From: Methanobacteriota archaeon
GTDB lineage: Archaea > Thermoplasmatota > Poseidoniia > Poseidoniales > Poseidoniaceae
Reading direction: 5' to 3'
Assembly: GCA_018691345.1 (NCBI GenBank)
Contig: JABGTJ010000112.1
Span: 242-64,241, forward strand
Length of the DNA: 64,000 bases
The first letter of the stretch is position 1, and each line of letters starts with the position of its first letter. Positions 37,739-48,300 of the stretch are shown here, piece after piece. The notes under the pieces are model-generated. The model had not been told where the DNA came from and searched no databases. It saw only the letters and a program-made list of their open reading frames with translations. The translations under genes were made by a program, and so were the position numbers.

Positions 37739-39964
37739 TTACCAGATCAGCCAATCATCGGTGACTTGGCCGTGACTCCACGCATGGATTTCATGACCGC
37801 GAACACCATCGTGTGCGGCGAAGAGGAGATGATGCTCAGTCAGTAAAAGCCCTCCATAGGTTCCGGAAGCAGAGTTGTTGTTTAGGCCTGGCCACGGGTC
37901 ATAGGCAAGCGAGATTTCACCGCTTGTGGATTGCCAAAGGGTCGAACCCGTTTCTACTCCATCGATTTTTCCAGATGCAAGGAAGAACAGTGTATCGCCA
38001 TGAGATGCAAAAGAGAGAATGTTTGAGCTTGCCAAGCCCGGCCGTAAGTCGGTCTCGACTCGAGTACCAGAAACCGTTCCATCGGAGGAACAGATTTCAT
38101 GAGCAACTTGCGGAGCCACACAGTCAAACCAAAGTCGATCACCATGAATTATGCCACCTGCCCAATCGCCGGGTGCAGCGATGATGGACGACAGAACTTG
38201 AGTCGTTCCCGTGGCGATTTCATGTCCCCACAACTGGGGGTCAACTCCGGAAGTGAGCGCATCAAATACCAGTTTACCATTCACTAAATGAATTCCAAGG
38301 TGTTCTGCAACGATGGTTGTCGGATTGCCAGTTGCCTGGTTTTGTAGAGTTGTCAGCCAATTGCTGTTTCCATCATCCAAGAGATGAACCAATTGTCGAC
38401 CGAACTGTGCTTCTGCAACCACCACGACGCCTCCTTCGATCACCAACGGCGTTCGAGGATTGCTTGCACCTTGCTCGTTAAGGCTCCACGACATGAATTG
38501 ACCGGTACTTGTGAGCATATAGGGCTCTACATCAGTATTGGTTTCGGCTGAAAACCAAAGCCGTGTATCGTTGGCGTGCAACAATTCTTGCCCTAAATTG
38601 CTCATACCTTCGGTATGCAGAACGAGGGATTGCTGCTGCTCCACTGTAAACATGGAATGTTCAAACAACGGGTAAACTGCAGTTGCATCGCACCAATACA
38701 ATGCTCCTGATGAATCAACCACCACAATTCCATTCATCCAGTGGACCGCTTGAGCAGCACTGGACAGGGCGACACTTTGGCCAGAGTGAACCACACGTTG
38801 CGTTCCCTCTTCGCTTCCGTCACTCACCCATAACTCGCGACCGTGAATCCCATCATCGGCATCGAAGAACAACCGTTCTCCATCAAGTGTCTGAACCGAT
38901 TGTATGCCAAGATACTGGCCTGGCAAGGAATCTCCTGTTGGATTGATGTCAAGCAATAGGTGCGTAGAAGATTCTGTTCCGGCACTTACCCACAGTTCAC
39001 AGCCATCAATGCCGTTAACGCCTGCCATCAGAATCATTTGCTGTTGTTTCATCCACGCTATGGCATCGCAGTTTGTCGTGACTCCATTTGCTGCGCCATT
39101 GGCAAAGTCGGAAATTGGTCCGTACTCCAGAGGTGAATTGCAAATTTTGAGCGATGTTCGAATTTCATCCGCATGGAGTATCCCATCAAAGGCGATTCCG
39201 TTCAAACGCCCATCGTCGATTCCAAAGTCGAGAATGATTCCCGAACTGCATACCGATGTCGGAGGCCTGTACTGTTCCACCAACGCAGGTGCTCCGGCAG
39301 CTCCATCTGCACCGTTCGTTCCAATCGAGCCGTCGTTTCCGTTGCTTCCAACCAGGCCATCGCAAACGGGGACACTTGTTTGTCTCTCGACTTCTTCCAA
39401 CAGCCCGTTGGAATTGACATCCGTGCCGCTGTGAATCATCAGGCCACCTTGCGAACAATAGATACCCCCTGCGCTTAGCACTTCAGTTTCAATCAGCCCA
39501 TTGGTTGTTCCACCAGTGCTTCCAGGCGCACCTTGAGGGCCAGATAACCCTTCTTTACCGTGGCAGACTTTCGTCGATGATGTCACTTCTTCATCGTCCA
39601 AATAGCCGTTTTCATTGAGATCGCTGCCGAGGAATATTTCTGCACCGCCTTCAGTACAAATTGAATCTGCACTGCGTCCTTCGGTTCGCACCAACATTTC
39701 ACTGGCGTTGTTTCCATCGGCTCCTGCTTCCATGTCCATTGAATCCAAAGAGGCGTATGAGTAGGTCGAAAGAGAAAGAGCGAGAACCAACATCAACGTT
39801 TGAACGACGGTCAGTGCCGTTTTACGCTTTGATGGGGATGGCTTTGAGGAAGCGCCTTTTTTCGTTGTTACAGTCTGAAATGACTGTTGCTTTTGGAGAT
39901 TTTTTCCGGGTACAGGTTCTCCTGCAATAGGGGCGTCGATATTCATCGTAGGGGGGGATGACAT
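37739..39964 (-). CDS. Type II membrane protein with Cys-bracketed DxNxNG/collagen-like repeats and a C-terminal ELWxxDGT-repeat propeller
   Basis: N-terminal TM; three C-x2-GG...G-x-D-x-N-x-N-G-x-L...EV...VC units (third degenerate), the first two followed by Gly-X-Y stretches; ELWVSAGT, ELWVSDGS, EICSSDGT, GHEIHAW repeats. Confidence 0.8.
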   Translation of the reverse strand: MSSPPTMNIDAPIAGEPVPGKNLQKQQSFQTVTTKKGASSKPSPSKRKTALTVVQTLMLVLALSLSTYSYASLDSMDMEAGADGNNASEMLVRTEGRSADSICTEGGAEIFLGSDLNENGYLDDEEVTSSTKVCHGKEGLSGPQGAPGSTGGTTNGLIETEVLSAGGIYCSQGGLMIHSGTDVNSNGLLEEVERQTSVPVCDGLVGSNGNDGSIGTNGADGAAGAPALVEQYRPPTSVCSSGIILDFGIDDGRLNGIAFDGILHADEIRTSLKICNSPLEYGPISDFANGAANGVTTNCDAIAWMKQQQMILMAGVNGIDGCELWVSAGTESSTHLLLDINPTGDSLPGQYLGIQSVQTLDGERLFFDADDGIHGRELWVSDGSEEGTQRVVHSGQSVALSSAAQAVHWMNGIVVVDSSGALYWCDATAVYPLFEHSMFTVEQQQSLVLHTEGMSNLGQELLHANDTRLWFSAETNTDVEPYMLTSTGQFMSWSLNEQGASNPRTPLVIEGGVVVVAEAQFGRQLVHLLDDGNSNWLTTLQNQATGNPTTIVAEHLGIHLVNGKLVFDALTSGVDPQLWGHEIATGTTQVLSSIIAAPGDWAGGIIHGDRLWFDCVAPQVAHEICSSDGTVSGTRVETDLRPGLASSNILSFASHGDTLFFLASGKIDGVETGSTLWQSTSGEISLAYDPWPGLNNNSASGTYGGLLLTEHHLLFAAHDGVRGHEIHAWSHGQVTDDWLIW

Positions 39965-40063
39965 GTTTACGGGAAATACCGTCAAAGGTATCAAAACCTT
40001 CGGTCATTGGCTAATTTCCAACACTCTGCTGTGAACGGACGTCGAAATGGAAGGGGTGAGTTC

Positions 40064-41863
40064 ATGGGCGTCCTTCAACTGCACAGGGGTATGGACCTCC
40101 CAGGACGACTCGCATCTCAGTTGGCAGGTGACGAAGGGCCAACCCGCCAAAAAGCAGCTCGTTTGGTTGTCGACCTTGCAGGTACCGCCGGCGCCAGTGG
40201 CTTTGTTGAAGTCGACCATGCTCACGTCTCAGGCGTCTCAGTCATTACCGGTGGTCATGGCCTGCGCCGCTTTTTGTCGGACCTTTCAAGTTCAGGTGAC
40301 GGAAGAGTTACTATTCCTACAACCCTTAATTCTGCAGGTTGCGACAAAGAGAAAATGAAGGAAATGGACATTGATTGGCCGGATTTCCTTGAACAGCAAT
40401 TCGAAATTGTGGAGGCTTATTCGGAACTTGGCATCCAAGCGACGTTGTCATGTACGCCTTACGACCGAGGAGTCGACGACGAAAGTGGCATTGCTTCATG
40501 GGCTGAATCAAATGCAGTATGTTTCTCGAACACGTGGACATCACTCATTACGAACCGTGAGTCCGGACTCTCTGCTCTGGCAACTGCACTCACAGGATAT
40601 GCTCCTCGATGGGGCCTTCACTTGCAAGAAAACCGTGTTCCAAACATTCACGTGCGCGTGGAATGTGAACTTGAGACGCTCTCAGACTGGTCGATTCTTG
40701 GAGATTGGATTGGTAAGCAAGTGCGACCGGATTGGGATGTTCCTTGGGGCCCAATGCCCTTGATTCAAGGTCTTCCAACTCGTGCGAGTTTTGCTCGCAA
40801 GAAGGCACTTACAGCAGCAGCAGCCAATTACGGTACACCGATGTTGTGGGCGGAAGGTCTGTCAGCAGATCCACCGCTCTCGAAAGACGCTCAGGGCAAC
40901 TGGATTGCTCCCGACACTGGATGGCAAGGCGAATTGGTGTTTACACAAACTGAACTTGATGCCCGGTATGCAGACCTCGCTCCGAAGGGACAGGTCGATT
41001 TAGTGGTCATCGGGTGTCCTCAAGCTAGTTTAGAGGAAATCAGAATCACTGCAGCAGCCGTACGTTCTCATGCCGAGATGGGCGCAAAAATACCCGACCA
41101 GCGTTTGTGGGTCTTCACCAGCGGTGAGAATTACGAACTGGCTTTAGCCGATGGAAGCATCGACTTGCTTGAGAGTGCAGGGGCCGTTCTTTTGCAAGAC
41201 ACATGTCCAGAAGTAACACCGTATAACCGAGCTCATTACAACCATTTACTTACCAATTCGCTCAAGGCCGAGCATTACCTGACCAGCGGGCTCAATCGAT
41301 TGCCAACCAGCGTGATGTCGATTCATGACTGCGTCTCACACGCCTTTGATGCATCCCTTTCCGCAGGTCCTCGACCCGTATTGGAAGCGAAATCACAGCC
41401 ACAACATGCCAGTGCAAAAACGGTTCAGACCGGTGAAGCAACTCTCATGGGCGCTCCTCTCGAGAGCCAAGGGGATTTTTGTGTGAAAGGGCCAGCAATG
41501 GTTACAGATGTACCCATCACCTATCTTGGATACGTCCATCGCGATACGGGTGTCATCGAAGAAACCGGCCATCCACTGGACGGACGAGCAATTGAGAACT
41601 CGATTCTCATTTACCCAAAGGGCTCAGGTTCAACGGTTGCCCCGTATGTTTTGATGGGATTATTGTATACCGGTAAAGGACCAACGGCCATCGTCAACCG
41701 AGATGTTTGCCCACTCACATTACCCGCATGTTCACTGTTAGACGTACCCTATGGGCACGGATTCGACTTAGATCCATGTATGGAAATCAACGATGGGGAT
41801 CTCGTTGAATTAAAATCAGAACAAGGCGTAGTGAGCCTTACCGTTCTGGAACGTGTAAAGTGA
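40064..41863 (+). CDS. Aconitase X family protein, large (DUF521) + small swivel (DUF126) subunit fusion; probable phosphomevalonate dehydratase
   Basis: AHVSGVS, TTLN, SCTPY, WAESNA, NRES, IGCPQAS, DTCPEV, then swivel domain ITYLGYVHRDTGVI...HPLDG...PKGSGSTV; GGGGTGA RBS before ATG 40064. Confidence 0.88.
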   Translation: MGVLQLHRGMDLPGRLASQLAGDEGPTRQKAARLVVDLAGTAGASGFVEVDHAHVSGVSVITGGHGLRRFLSDLSSSGDGRVTIPTTLNSAGCDKEKMKEMDIDWPDFLEQQFEIVEAYSELGIQATLSCTPYDRGVDDESGIASWAESNAVCFSNTWTSLITNRESGLSALATALTGYAPRWGLHLQENRVPNIHVRVECELETLSDWSILGDWIGKQVRPDWDVPWGPMPLIQGLPTRASFARKKALTAAAANYGTPMLWAEGLSADPPLSKDAQGNWIAPDTGWQGELVFTQTELDARYADLAPKGQVDLVVIGCPQASLEEIRITAAAVRSHAEMGAKIPDQRLWVFTSGENYELALADGSIDLLESAGAVLLQDTCPEVTPYNRAHYNHLLTNSLKAEHYLTSGLNRLPTSVMSIHDCVSHAFDASLSAGPRPVLEAKSQPQHASAKTVQTGEATLMGAPLESQGDFCVKGPAMVTDVPITYLGYVHRDTGVIEETGHPLDGRAIENSILIYPKGSGSTVAPYVLMGLLYTGKGPTAIVNRDVCPLTLPACSLLDVPYGHGFDLDPCMEINDGDLVELKSEQGVVSLTVLERVK

Positions 41864-41866
41864 GGC

Positions 41867-42871
41867 GTGTCCATGGCCTCACAACGCATTCTTGTCACCG
41901 GCGGTGCCGGATTTATTGGCTCGTCGTTGTGTGAAAGATTGGTCGCTGAAGGTCATACAGTTCTTGCCTATGATTCGCTTTTTCGTGGGCATAAATCAAA
42001 TCTTGAGTCGCTTGAACACAACGAAAGGTTTCATTTCATGCAAGGTGATGTAAGAGATGTCGACCGCCTTGACGATGCCATTGAAGTCCTAGGGGGCTTG
42101 GATATTGTTTTTCATTTAGCCGCAGTGAACGGTACCAAATGGTTTCATGAGGCAGCACATTCGGTGATTGATGTGAACATTAACGGGACATTGAGAACCT
42201 TGGAACTGGCAATGTCTTGCGATGCAAGGTACGTTCTAGCGTCATCCCCTGAAGCCTTTGGCGAAGCCAAACAGCAACCGATTCAAAATGGAAACGAGAT
42301 GGTTTTTACCGACCCTGCAATGCATCAACGACACTCCTATGGTGCCAGCAAGTACCTTGACGAAATCGCATGTCAACATGCAGCACGTGATGGCCTTGAT
42401 GTTCGTATCGTTCGACCGTTTAACGCCTATGGGCCTCGTTTACTTGGGGATGAATACGGCCAAGTAGTCGCCATGTTTTTCTCTTCAGTTTTGAACAACC
42501 AACCGATTAAAGTTCACAATGGTGGCATGCAAACACGTTCTTTCACATGGATTTCGGATACGGTCGACGGTTTTTATCGGGCAGGTCTCATGGACACTGC
42601 ATTGGATGGGACAGCACTTATTGGTGGTGCTTTCAACATCGGTTCAACAGAGGAGATCTCGATTAAATTACTTCAACAAGCGGTATTTGATGCCGTGTCC
42701 AAAGATACCACTTGGAAAAACGCCTTGCCTGAAGTTCTACACGAGGACGGATACTTTGGCGATGCTTTACGAAGGTTACCGGATTGTTCACAGGCTGAAC
42801 TTCAACTGGGTTGGAAAGCTACTACATCGCTGGAACAAGGCCTAGCGTCGATGTGGTCTTCATTACGATAG
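41867..42871 (+). CDS. NAD-dependent nucleotide-sugar epimerase/dehydratase (UDP-glucuronate decarboxylase-like)
   Basis: VTGGAGFIG, FHLAA, ASSPE, YGASK, RPFNAYGPR, QTRSF, FNIGS. Confidence 0.9.
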   Translation: MSMASQRILVTGGAGFIGSSLCERLVAEGHTVLAYDSLFRGHKSNLESLEHNERFHFMQGDVRDVDRLDDAIEVLGGLDIVFHLAAVNGTKWFHEAAHSVIDVNINGTLRTLELAMSCDARYVLASSPEAFGEAKQQPIQNGNEMVFTDPAMHQRHSYGASKYLDEIACQHAARDGLDVRIVRPFNAYGPRLLGDEYGQVVAMFFSSVLNNQPIKVHNGGMQTRSFTWISDTVDGFYRAGLMDTALDGTALIGGAFNIGSTEEISIKLLQQAVFDAVSKDTTWKNALPEVLHEDGYFGDALRRLPDCSQAELQLGWKATTSLEQGLASMWSSLR

Positions 42872-43681
42872 TTTTCGCCCAGCGTAGTGCTTGAACACCT
42901 TTTCACCCCAACCGTCCGGAGATGGCGATAGACGGTCATGACCGTGCTGGCACAACACATCCAAACCGTGAGGCGGTATTGAAGATTCACTGGTCCATAT
43001 CCCCGTAACTCGCAAGACGGCGAGCCGAGCGACTGCATCGGGTAAAGGCCGATCTTCGAGGTATTCAACTTCGAGCGCAGCCACTGCTTCGTTAATGAGC
43101 AGCGGGTCATGAGGGCTTTCAGTGAGCCCGGAGAGATTCCATTCGCTCTCACCTTGCGGCAGCGGAGCAGCCGTTTCATCGATTGCTTTCACTGCCTCCA
43201 AAGTGCTTGGCATTAAGTGGAGTATGGCCCGTTTGGTCGTGCGTAGATTATGGAGCGTGTCGCGGTATCGCCCTTCACGGTTGCAACTGAACGAGGCAAT
43301 GAGCAAAGGAGGACCGGTTGACACTGCCATAACCGAAGTGTAGGGTGCTAGATTCTTGTTTCCCTTTTCATCTTGTGTCGATGCGAGTACTAGTGGTCGT
43401 GGAGAAAGTAATCCAGATAACCATCCTGCTCGTTGAGCGTGTTCGATGGAATCAACATCCATGCGTTTAGCATGTTCCATATTGGATGTTGGCATTGGTG
43501 AAAACCAACTGTTAAGGGTGCCGTTTTGTATTTCTTCGATGGCATGATTGTTGAATTCGATGTAGGATTCCCAAGATGAAGTTTGTTCGACTTCACCGCG
43601 GTCCCGCTTTCGTGCAATGGATTTTTCAGCGTAGGCATTGCATTTTCGCAAATAATCCAGAACAATTGCTTTCCTGTCCAT
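42863..43681 (-). CDS. Flavin reductase-like (DIM6/NTAB) protein with an N-terminal helical extension
   Basis: SPRPLVLAST...NLAPYTS...PPLL...RDTLHNL...ESEW motifs. Confidence 0.8.
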   Translation of the reverse strand: MDRKAIVLDYLRKCNAYAEKSIARKRDRGEVEQTSSWESYIEFNNHAIEEIQNGTLNSWFSPMPTSNMEHAKRMDVDSIEHAQRAGWLSGLLSPRPLVLASTQDEKGNKNLAPYTSVMAVSTGPPLLIASFSCNREGRYRDTLHNLRTTKRAILHLMPSTLEAVKAIDETAAPLPQGESEWNLSGLTESPHDPLLINEAVAALEVEYLEDRPLPDAVARLAVLRVTGIWTSESSIPPHGLDVLCQHGHDRLSPSPDGWGEKVFKHYAGRKLS

Positions 43682-44203
43682 CTAATCATCTCCCGTTCGT
43701 GTGTTGAGTTTGAGTTGGTGTTGCTTTTCATCGTATGCTTTTCTCGTCATCACGAATACTGCAGGCTGGCCCGCCCAAACTTCGTTTTTAGGCAGCTGTT
43801 TGGTGAGGGTTGAACCAGCGCCGAGCACGCCGCCTTCCCCAATATCGCATCCTGGCAGGACGGTAGACCCTCCGCCGACCACAGCATTCTTGCCGATTCG
43901 GACCGGTTGCCACTGCTCTGAGTTCCGGGACGGGGGATATTTGTCGTTTAGCAGGGTTGCATTTGGGCCGATGAATACACCTTCACCGAGGTGGCAATCA
44001 TCAGCCACATAGGCGCCACCTTGTATTCGGCAACCGTTGCCAAGCGTGACATTACGTCCAATGTGAGCCAACGAGCCGATGGAGCACGAGGCGCCAACAT
44101 GAGTGCCGTTGCCGATGTGGCAAGGTCGCCAAGCAACTGAGCCATTGCCCAACACTGCACAGGTTCCACTCAATGGCGTCTCCTTTGCCATCGAATCCCT
44201 CAT
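43682..44203 (-). CDS. Left-handed beta-helix N-acetyltransferase (WbpD/WlbB-like sugar acetyltransferase)
   Basis: Hexapeptide repeats; GVFIGPNATLLNDKYP; AVVGGGSTVLPG; WAGQPA. ATG 44203 overlaps the bcp stop (ATGA). Confidence 0.85.
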   Translation of the reverse strand: MRDSMAKETPLSGTCAVLGNGSVAWRPCHIGNGTHVGASCSIGSLAHIGRNVTLGNGCRIQGGAYVADDCHLGEGVFIGPNATLLNDKYPPSRNSEQWQPVRIGKNAVVGGGSTVLPGCDIGEGGVLGAGSTLTKQLPKNEVWAGQPAVFVMTRKAYDEKQHQLKLNTRTGDD

Positions 44204-44685
44204 TCGCCCAGTCCAAGTTCTCTCATGAGCATGCCCACATGGCCTTTCGCTTTGACGTTGTATCGAAGCCAAGAGAAGTTTCCATCGGGGGTGATGACGA
44301 ACGTCGAGCGGGAACATCCCATGTATTCACGGCCATAGTTCATCTTCATGCGCCATGTTCCGAATTTTTCGTGAAGTTCACCGTCACGGTCCATGAGTAA
44401 AGGGAAATTGAGTTCTTGTTTTGATACAAACTTTTCATGCGATCCTTCGGTGTCCTTCGATACGCCAAGAACGATGTATCCTTCAGAAGTCAGTCTTGCC
44501 ATGTTGTCACGGAAGTCACAGGCTTGAGTTGTGCAGCCAGGTGTGGAGTCACGGGGATAAAAATACAAAATCACAGTTTTTCCATCGGTTTGGTATGCGG
44601 TCGAACTGTGAGTTTGGCCGCTGGAATCAAGGCATTCGAATACTGGTGCTGTTTGGCCGACTTCATGTGTAATTGCTTCGCTCAT
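44200..44685 (-). CDS. bcp: Peroxiredoxin Bcp
   Basis: YFYPRDSTPGCTTQACDFRD, GVSKD, RSTFVI. Confidence 0.94.
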   Translation of the reverse strand: MSEAITHEVGQTAPVFECLDSSGQTHSSTAYQTDGKTVILYFYPRDSTPGCTTQACDFRDNMARLTSEGYIVLGVSKDTEGSHEKFVSKQELNFPLLMDRDGELHEKFGTWRMKMNYGREYMGCSRSTFVITPDGNFSWLRYNVKAKGHVGMLMRELGLGE

Positions 44686-44885
44686 ATTACATCGTGATGG
44701 CTCAAAGGACATGAAACATTGCTTTGAGCCATATTCTTATTAATTCGACTTATTTTACCCTTTTTCTGCTACCAATGCGTCTTTAGTATGCCTTTTATGC
44801 ATAATGGGTTATTTCTGTTCCATTTCGGGTGAAGGGGCATGAGGCAACCGATTCTTTCAATAACCGGCGGGTCGCAAGCCAAATC

Positions 44886-45317
44886 ATGGTAGCGGCTCGT
44901 ATGTCTCGTAGAAGTCGCCGCTTTTCCAAGCAGATTCAACGCACAAATACTCGCTTTGACCTGCAAACTATTGCCAGTTCAGTGCAAACGCATTTGGACA
45001 AGCGAGACATCACTTATGACGAGGCACTGACCCTCGGCAACCTCATCCAAAACCGAGCAGACCAACTGCCAGGCGACACAATCGTTTACGCAATTTCGGA
45101 CCGTGATGCTTACCGTCGGACCCTTGAATTGTATTTACGTGACGCCCTTCTTACGAAAACCGAACAGATGCTGCTCTGGGAGGAGCGCCGCAGACTCGGC
45201 ATTTCCGACATCGACCACGAACGCCTTCTTGAACAGCTTTTACTTCAATGGCGCCGCCAGGGTAAGAAAGTGACCATCGCTCGTTTCGATTCACCGGGGG
45301 GTGACTCTTCTGCGTGA
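44886..45317 (+). CDS. Small cytoplasmic helical protein with an ENT/TerB-like C-terminal motif
   Basis: No TM; AYRRTLELYLRDALLTKTEQMLLWEERRRLGISDIDHERLL; stop overlaps the next gene's start region. Confidence 0.7.
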   Translation: MVAARMSRRSRRFSKQIQRTNTRFDLQTIASSVQTHLDKRDITYDEALTLGNLIQNRADQLPGDTIVYAISDRDAYRRTLELYLRDALLTKTEQMLLWEERRRLGISDIDHERLLEQLLLQWRRQGKKVTIARFDSPGGDSSA

Positions 45318-48300
45318 ACACGCCAATCGGCAAACGCTGCTCGCAGCGTTATTGGTTGCGCTCTTCGTCCTGCCAATGTATTTGCCTTTGGCAAATGCAG
45401 ACGATACCGAGGACACAAGTACAGCCTCTGGCCGTGCGATTCTCGACTTTTATTTCCGTAACCCCCTCCAACTGAGCAACTCGGGTTCAGCAGTTATCGG
45501 TTCGAGCCTTTTCCTCGAACCCGGGGAGCACATTGTCACGGCAAACATTTCAGCAACCGGCTCTGGAAACGATGAACTTTGGCTCGTCTTGCAACACAAA
45601 GGCTCACCTTCACTCGGCTTCGCAGATGTCAAAAGCATCTCCATGGGCAGCGTCAATGGTGCATCAGGGCAAGTTGATCTCACTCCGATTTCGTTTTCTT
45701 GGAACGCTACCAACGGCGCTGGACAAGAACTCCGCGTTAAAATCGTCTCGACAAAGGAGACCGGTAACGACCTCCTCAACAACATCCAAGACGTCGGTTT
45801 TTCATTCTCAGTCGAGAATAAACATCTTGGAGAACTGATGACAAATACATTCCCTGCTGATTCGCCGATTAACAACCGGATCTCCTTGCCAAACGCAATT
45901 TCCACACTTAACACGACGGTTACAAATTCCGGAGTCAAACCAATATCGGCAACGATGACCATTGTACTGCGAGATAATTCTACGCCTGCGAATGTTGTCA
46001 CTGTTTTATCAAATACGGTATTGCTTCAGCCCGGTTCCCATCCAGTTTCTTCTGCAACACTCCAAGAGTCGGGCGTTCTAAGCGCTAGTGTTGATGCTCA
46101 AGCACTGACTGGAGTTTGGAACATTTCTGCATCGGTGAAATTTGATGGAACTTCATGGACCGAAACCATTGTTTTCCGTGAGTCTTGGGTAAAATTCTCC
46201 GACTACAATGCCATAGTGATTGAGCCTGTGACTTTAGTCGTCGAACCAGGGGATGCTACGGCCATCACATTCGTTGTCAAAAACACGGGTTCAGCGACCG
46301 ACCTGTTCACGATATCGGTTACACAAAACAAACCATGGGCTGATGTCAACTCAGCATCATTTGGCGCAACACTTCCTGCAGGCTCCATACGATTGATTAC
46401 ACTCGATGTCAATGTCCCTGCGAATGCAGTACGTTCTGAGACGGATAAAATCACCATTACTTTCACATCTGTAAACTCTCCTGATAATTATCAGATTTCT
46501 GGTGTCGGACGAGTCATGGTTGGAGATTTCTTCAGAGGCGAGGTCTCTTTGATTGAGGGTGCAACGACCAAAACCATCAATCCTGGTGGCCAAGCACAGT
46601 ACATAGCCCAAATCGAAAACACCGGGAGTGTGACCACAACATACACTCTGGCGACCGGACTTTCAGTATCGACGCTTAATTGGACATGGGAGGTTAGCCC
46701 TTCCATCACACCTCCAGTCTCATCCGGCGACACCACGCAAGTCGTTGTGACGCTCACCGCTCCGGCAATTCAGAATCCCATCGTCACCAGCGAATACAAC
46801 ATGGCTGGAGATGAACTTGACGTATGGATTCAATGCCAGCCTATTGGCGGAGGAGTTCCTTCACAAGACACTGCACCAATCGAAGTGTCACCGGTTATTG
46901 TCGTTGACCCTGGAATCGACCTTGAACCTCAGCACATACCGGTCGAAAAAATTAAGCAGACACTCACTGGAACGCAACTTGTCGAAAACATTGACTTGAA
47001 CATGCGCGTTATTCACAACCTGCCTACAATGCTTACTGAGACACTTAACGCTACGTTAACCACGTCAAAATCGTTCACAGCACTGAACGAAGGCGGATTT
47101 GGAGAGGCAGAGAGATGGTCCGTTTCGGTCTCCAATCCGATTTACACTGGCCTTACTCCGGGGGACAGCATGAATACGACCCTCGATATCATCGGTCCTC
47201 AGGCAAATCAATATCCAGTTGCAGGCACATTTGCTGCCTCATTGACCATTACGCCAACTTTGAGTCAAGCTTTAGTCGGCAGTGGGGTCACCGCTGTCCC
47301 TCTCACGCGAAACTACACGCTGGTTATCCCTCAAGTCATCACGGGGGATTTCCTCGATGCAGGGCCTTATGACATTCCAGTTGGTGTCGATAACATCATC
47401 CCAATGCGATTCGCAAATACTGGGAACGATGTTGGTTCGTACCGGCTAAGAGTGGTCGATAATCTTCCTGATAATTGGACTGCCAATTTCTCTGGTACCG
47501 ACCAAAACATCAGCAATTTAACTGCTGACATTGCCGATGGAACGCTCGACGGCTCAACTGGAAATGCAGCACACATCCAAGTTGTTTCGTTCAACATCCG
47601 CACCGATCCATTGGCGCCAGCAGGTTTGAATCAACCGATTACTGTTCGAATTGAAGATCCGGTTTCTGGCTTGCTGATTGGAAGTGAGCATGTATTCTAT
47701 GTTGTGGTCGGGCAGATCTTCAACGGCAGCCTCACACCCACGAATCAATCGCTTGAACTTGACCTCTCAGAATCAACTTTCACTTCAATAACCATTGTGA
47801 ACACAGGTAACGCTCCTACAGATTACGAGGTTTGGTTGGATAACTCTCTCGCAGGCGATGTGGAGTTCAAAATTGAATCTCCGAGCAGTTCCAGTATTTT
47901 CATTGCCGCTGGCTATGAAGAGACCATTCGAGTGGAGATGAATGCAAATGATGAGGCGGACTCCGATGGATTCTACATGACGACCGTGTGGGTTTCGGCC
48001 AATAACGGCCAAATTCTTCTCTCAGCAAACGTGGTCGCCAACATCACTGAAAACCATTCTATTGGCATCACAGCCCCAGAACAGATGGCTGTTACTCCAG
48101 GGCAGATTGAGCAAGTGGATTTCGACATCATTAACCTGGGTAATCTACAGGAAACGGTCGGAATCAACTTGACGGTTGAAGGTAACATTTCGCTGTCGAT
48201 GTATCAACTCACGCAAACGATTCCAATCGATGGAACCTATTCTGACAGCGTGAATGTAGCAATTCCAAGCCTTGGAGGGACCGATACACTCGTGCAAGGC

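Noticed and set aside
44713..44885. AT-rich intergenic region as an ncRNA or tRNA
   Set aside because: No cloverleaf or convincing stem seen; adequately explained as a divergent promoter region.
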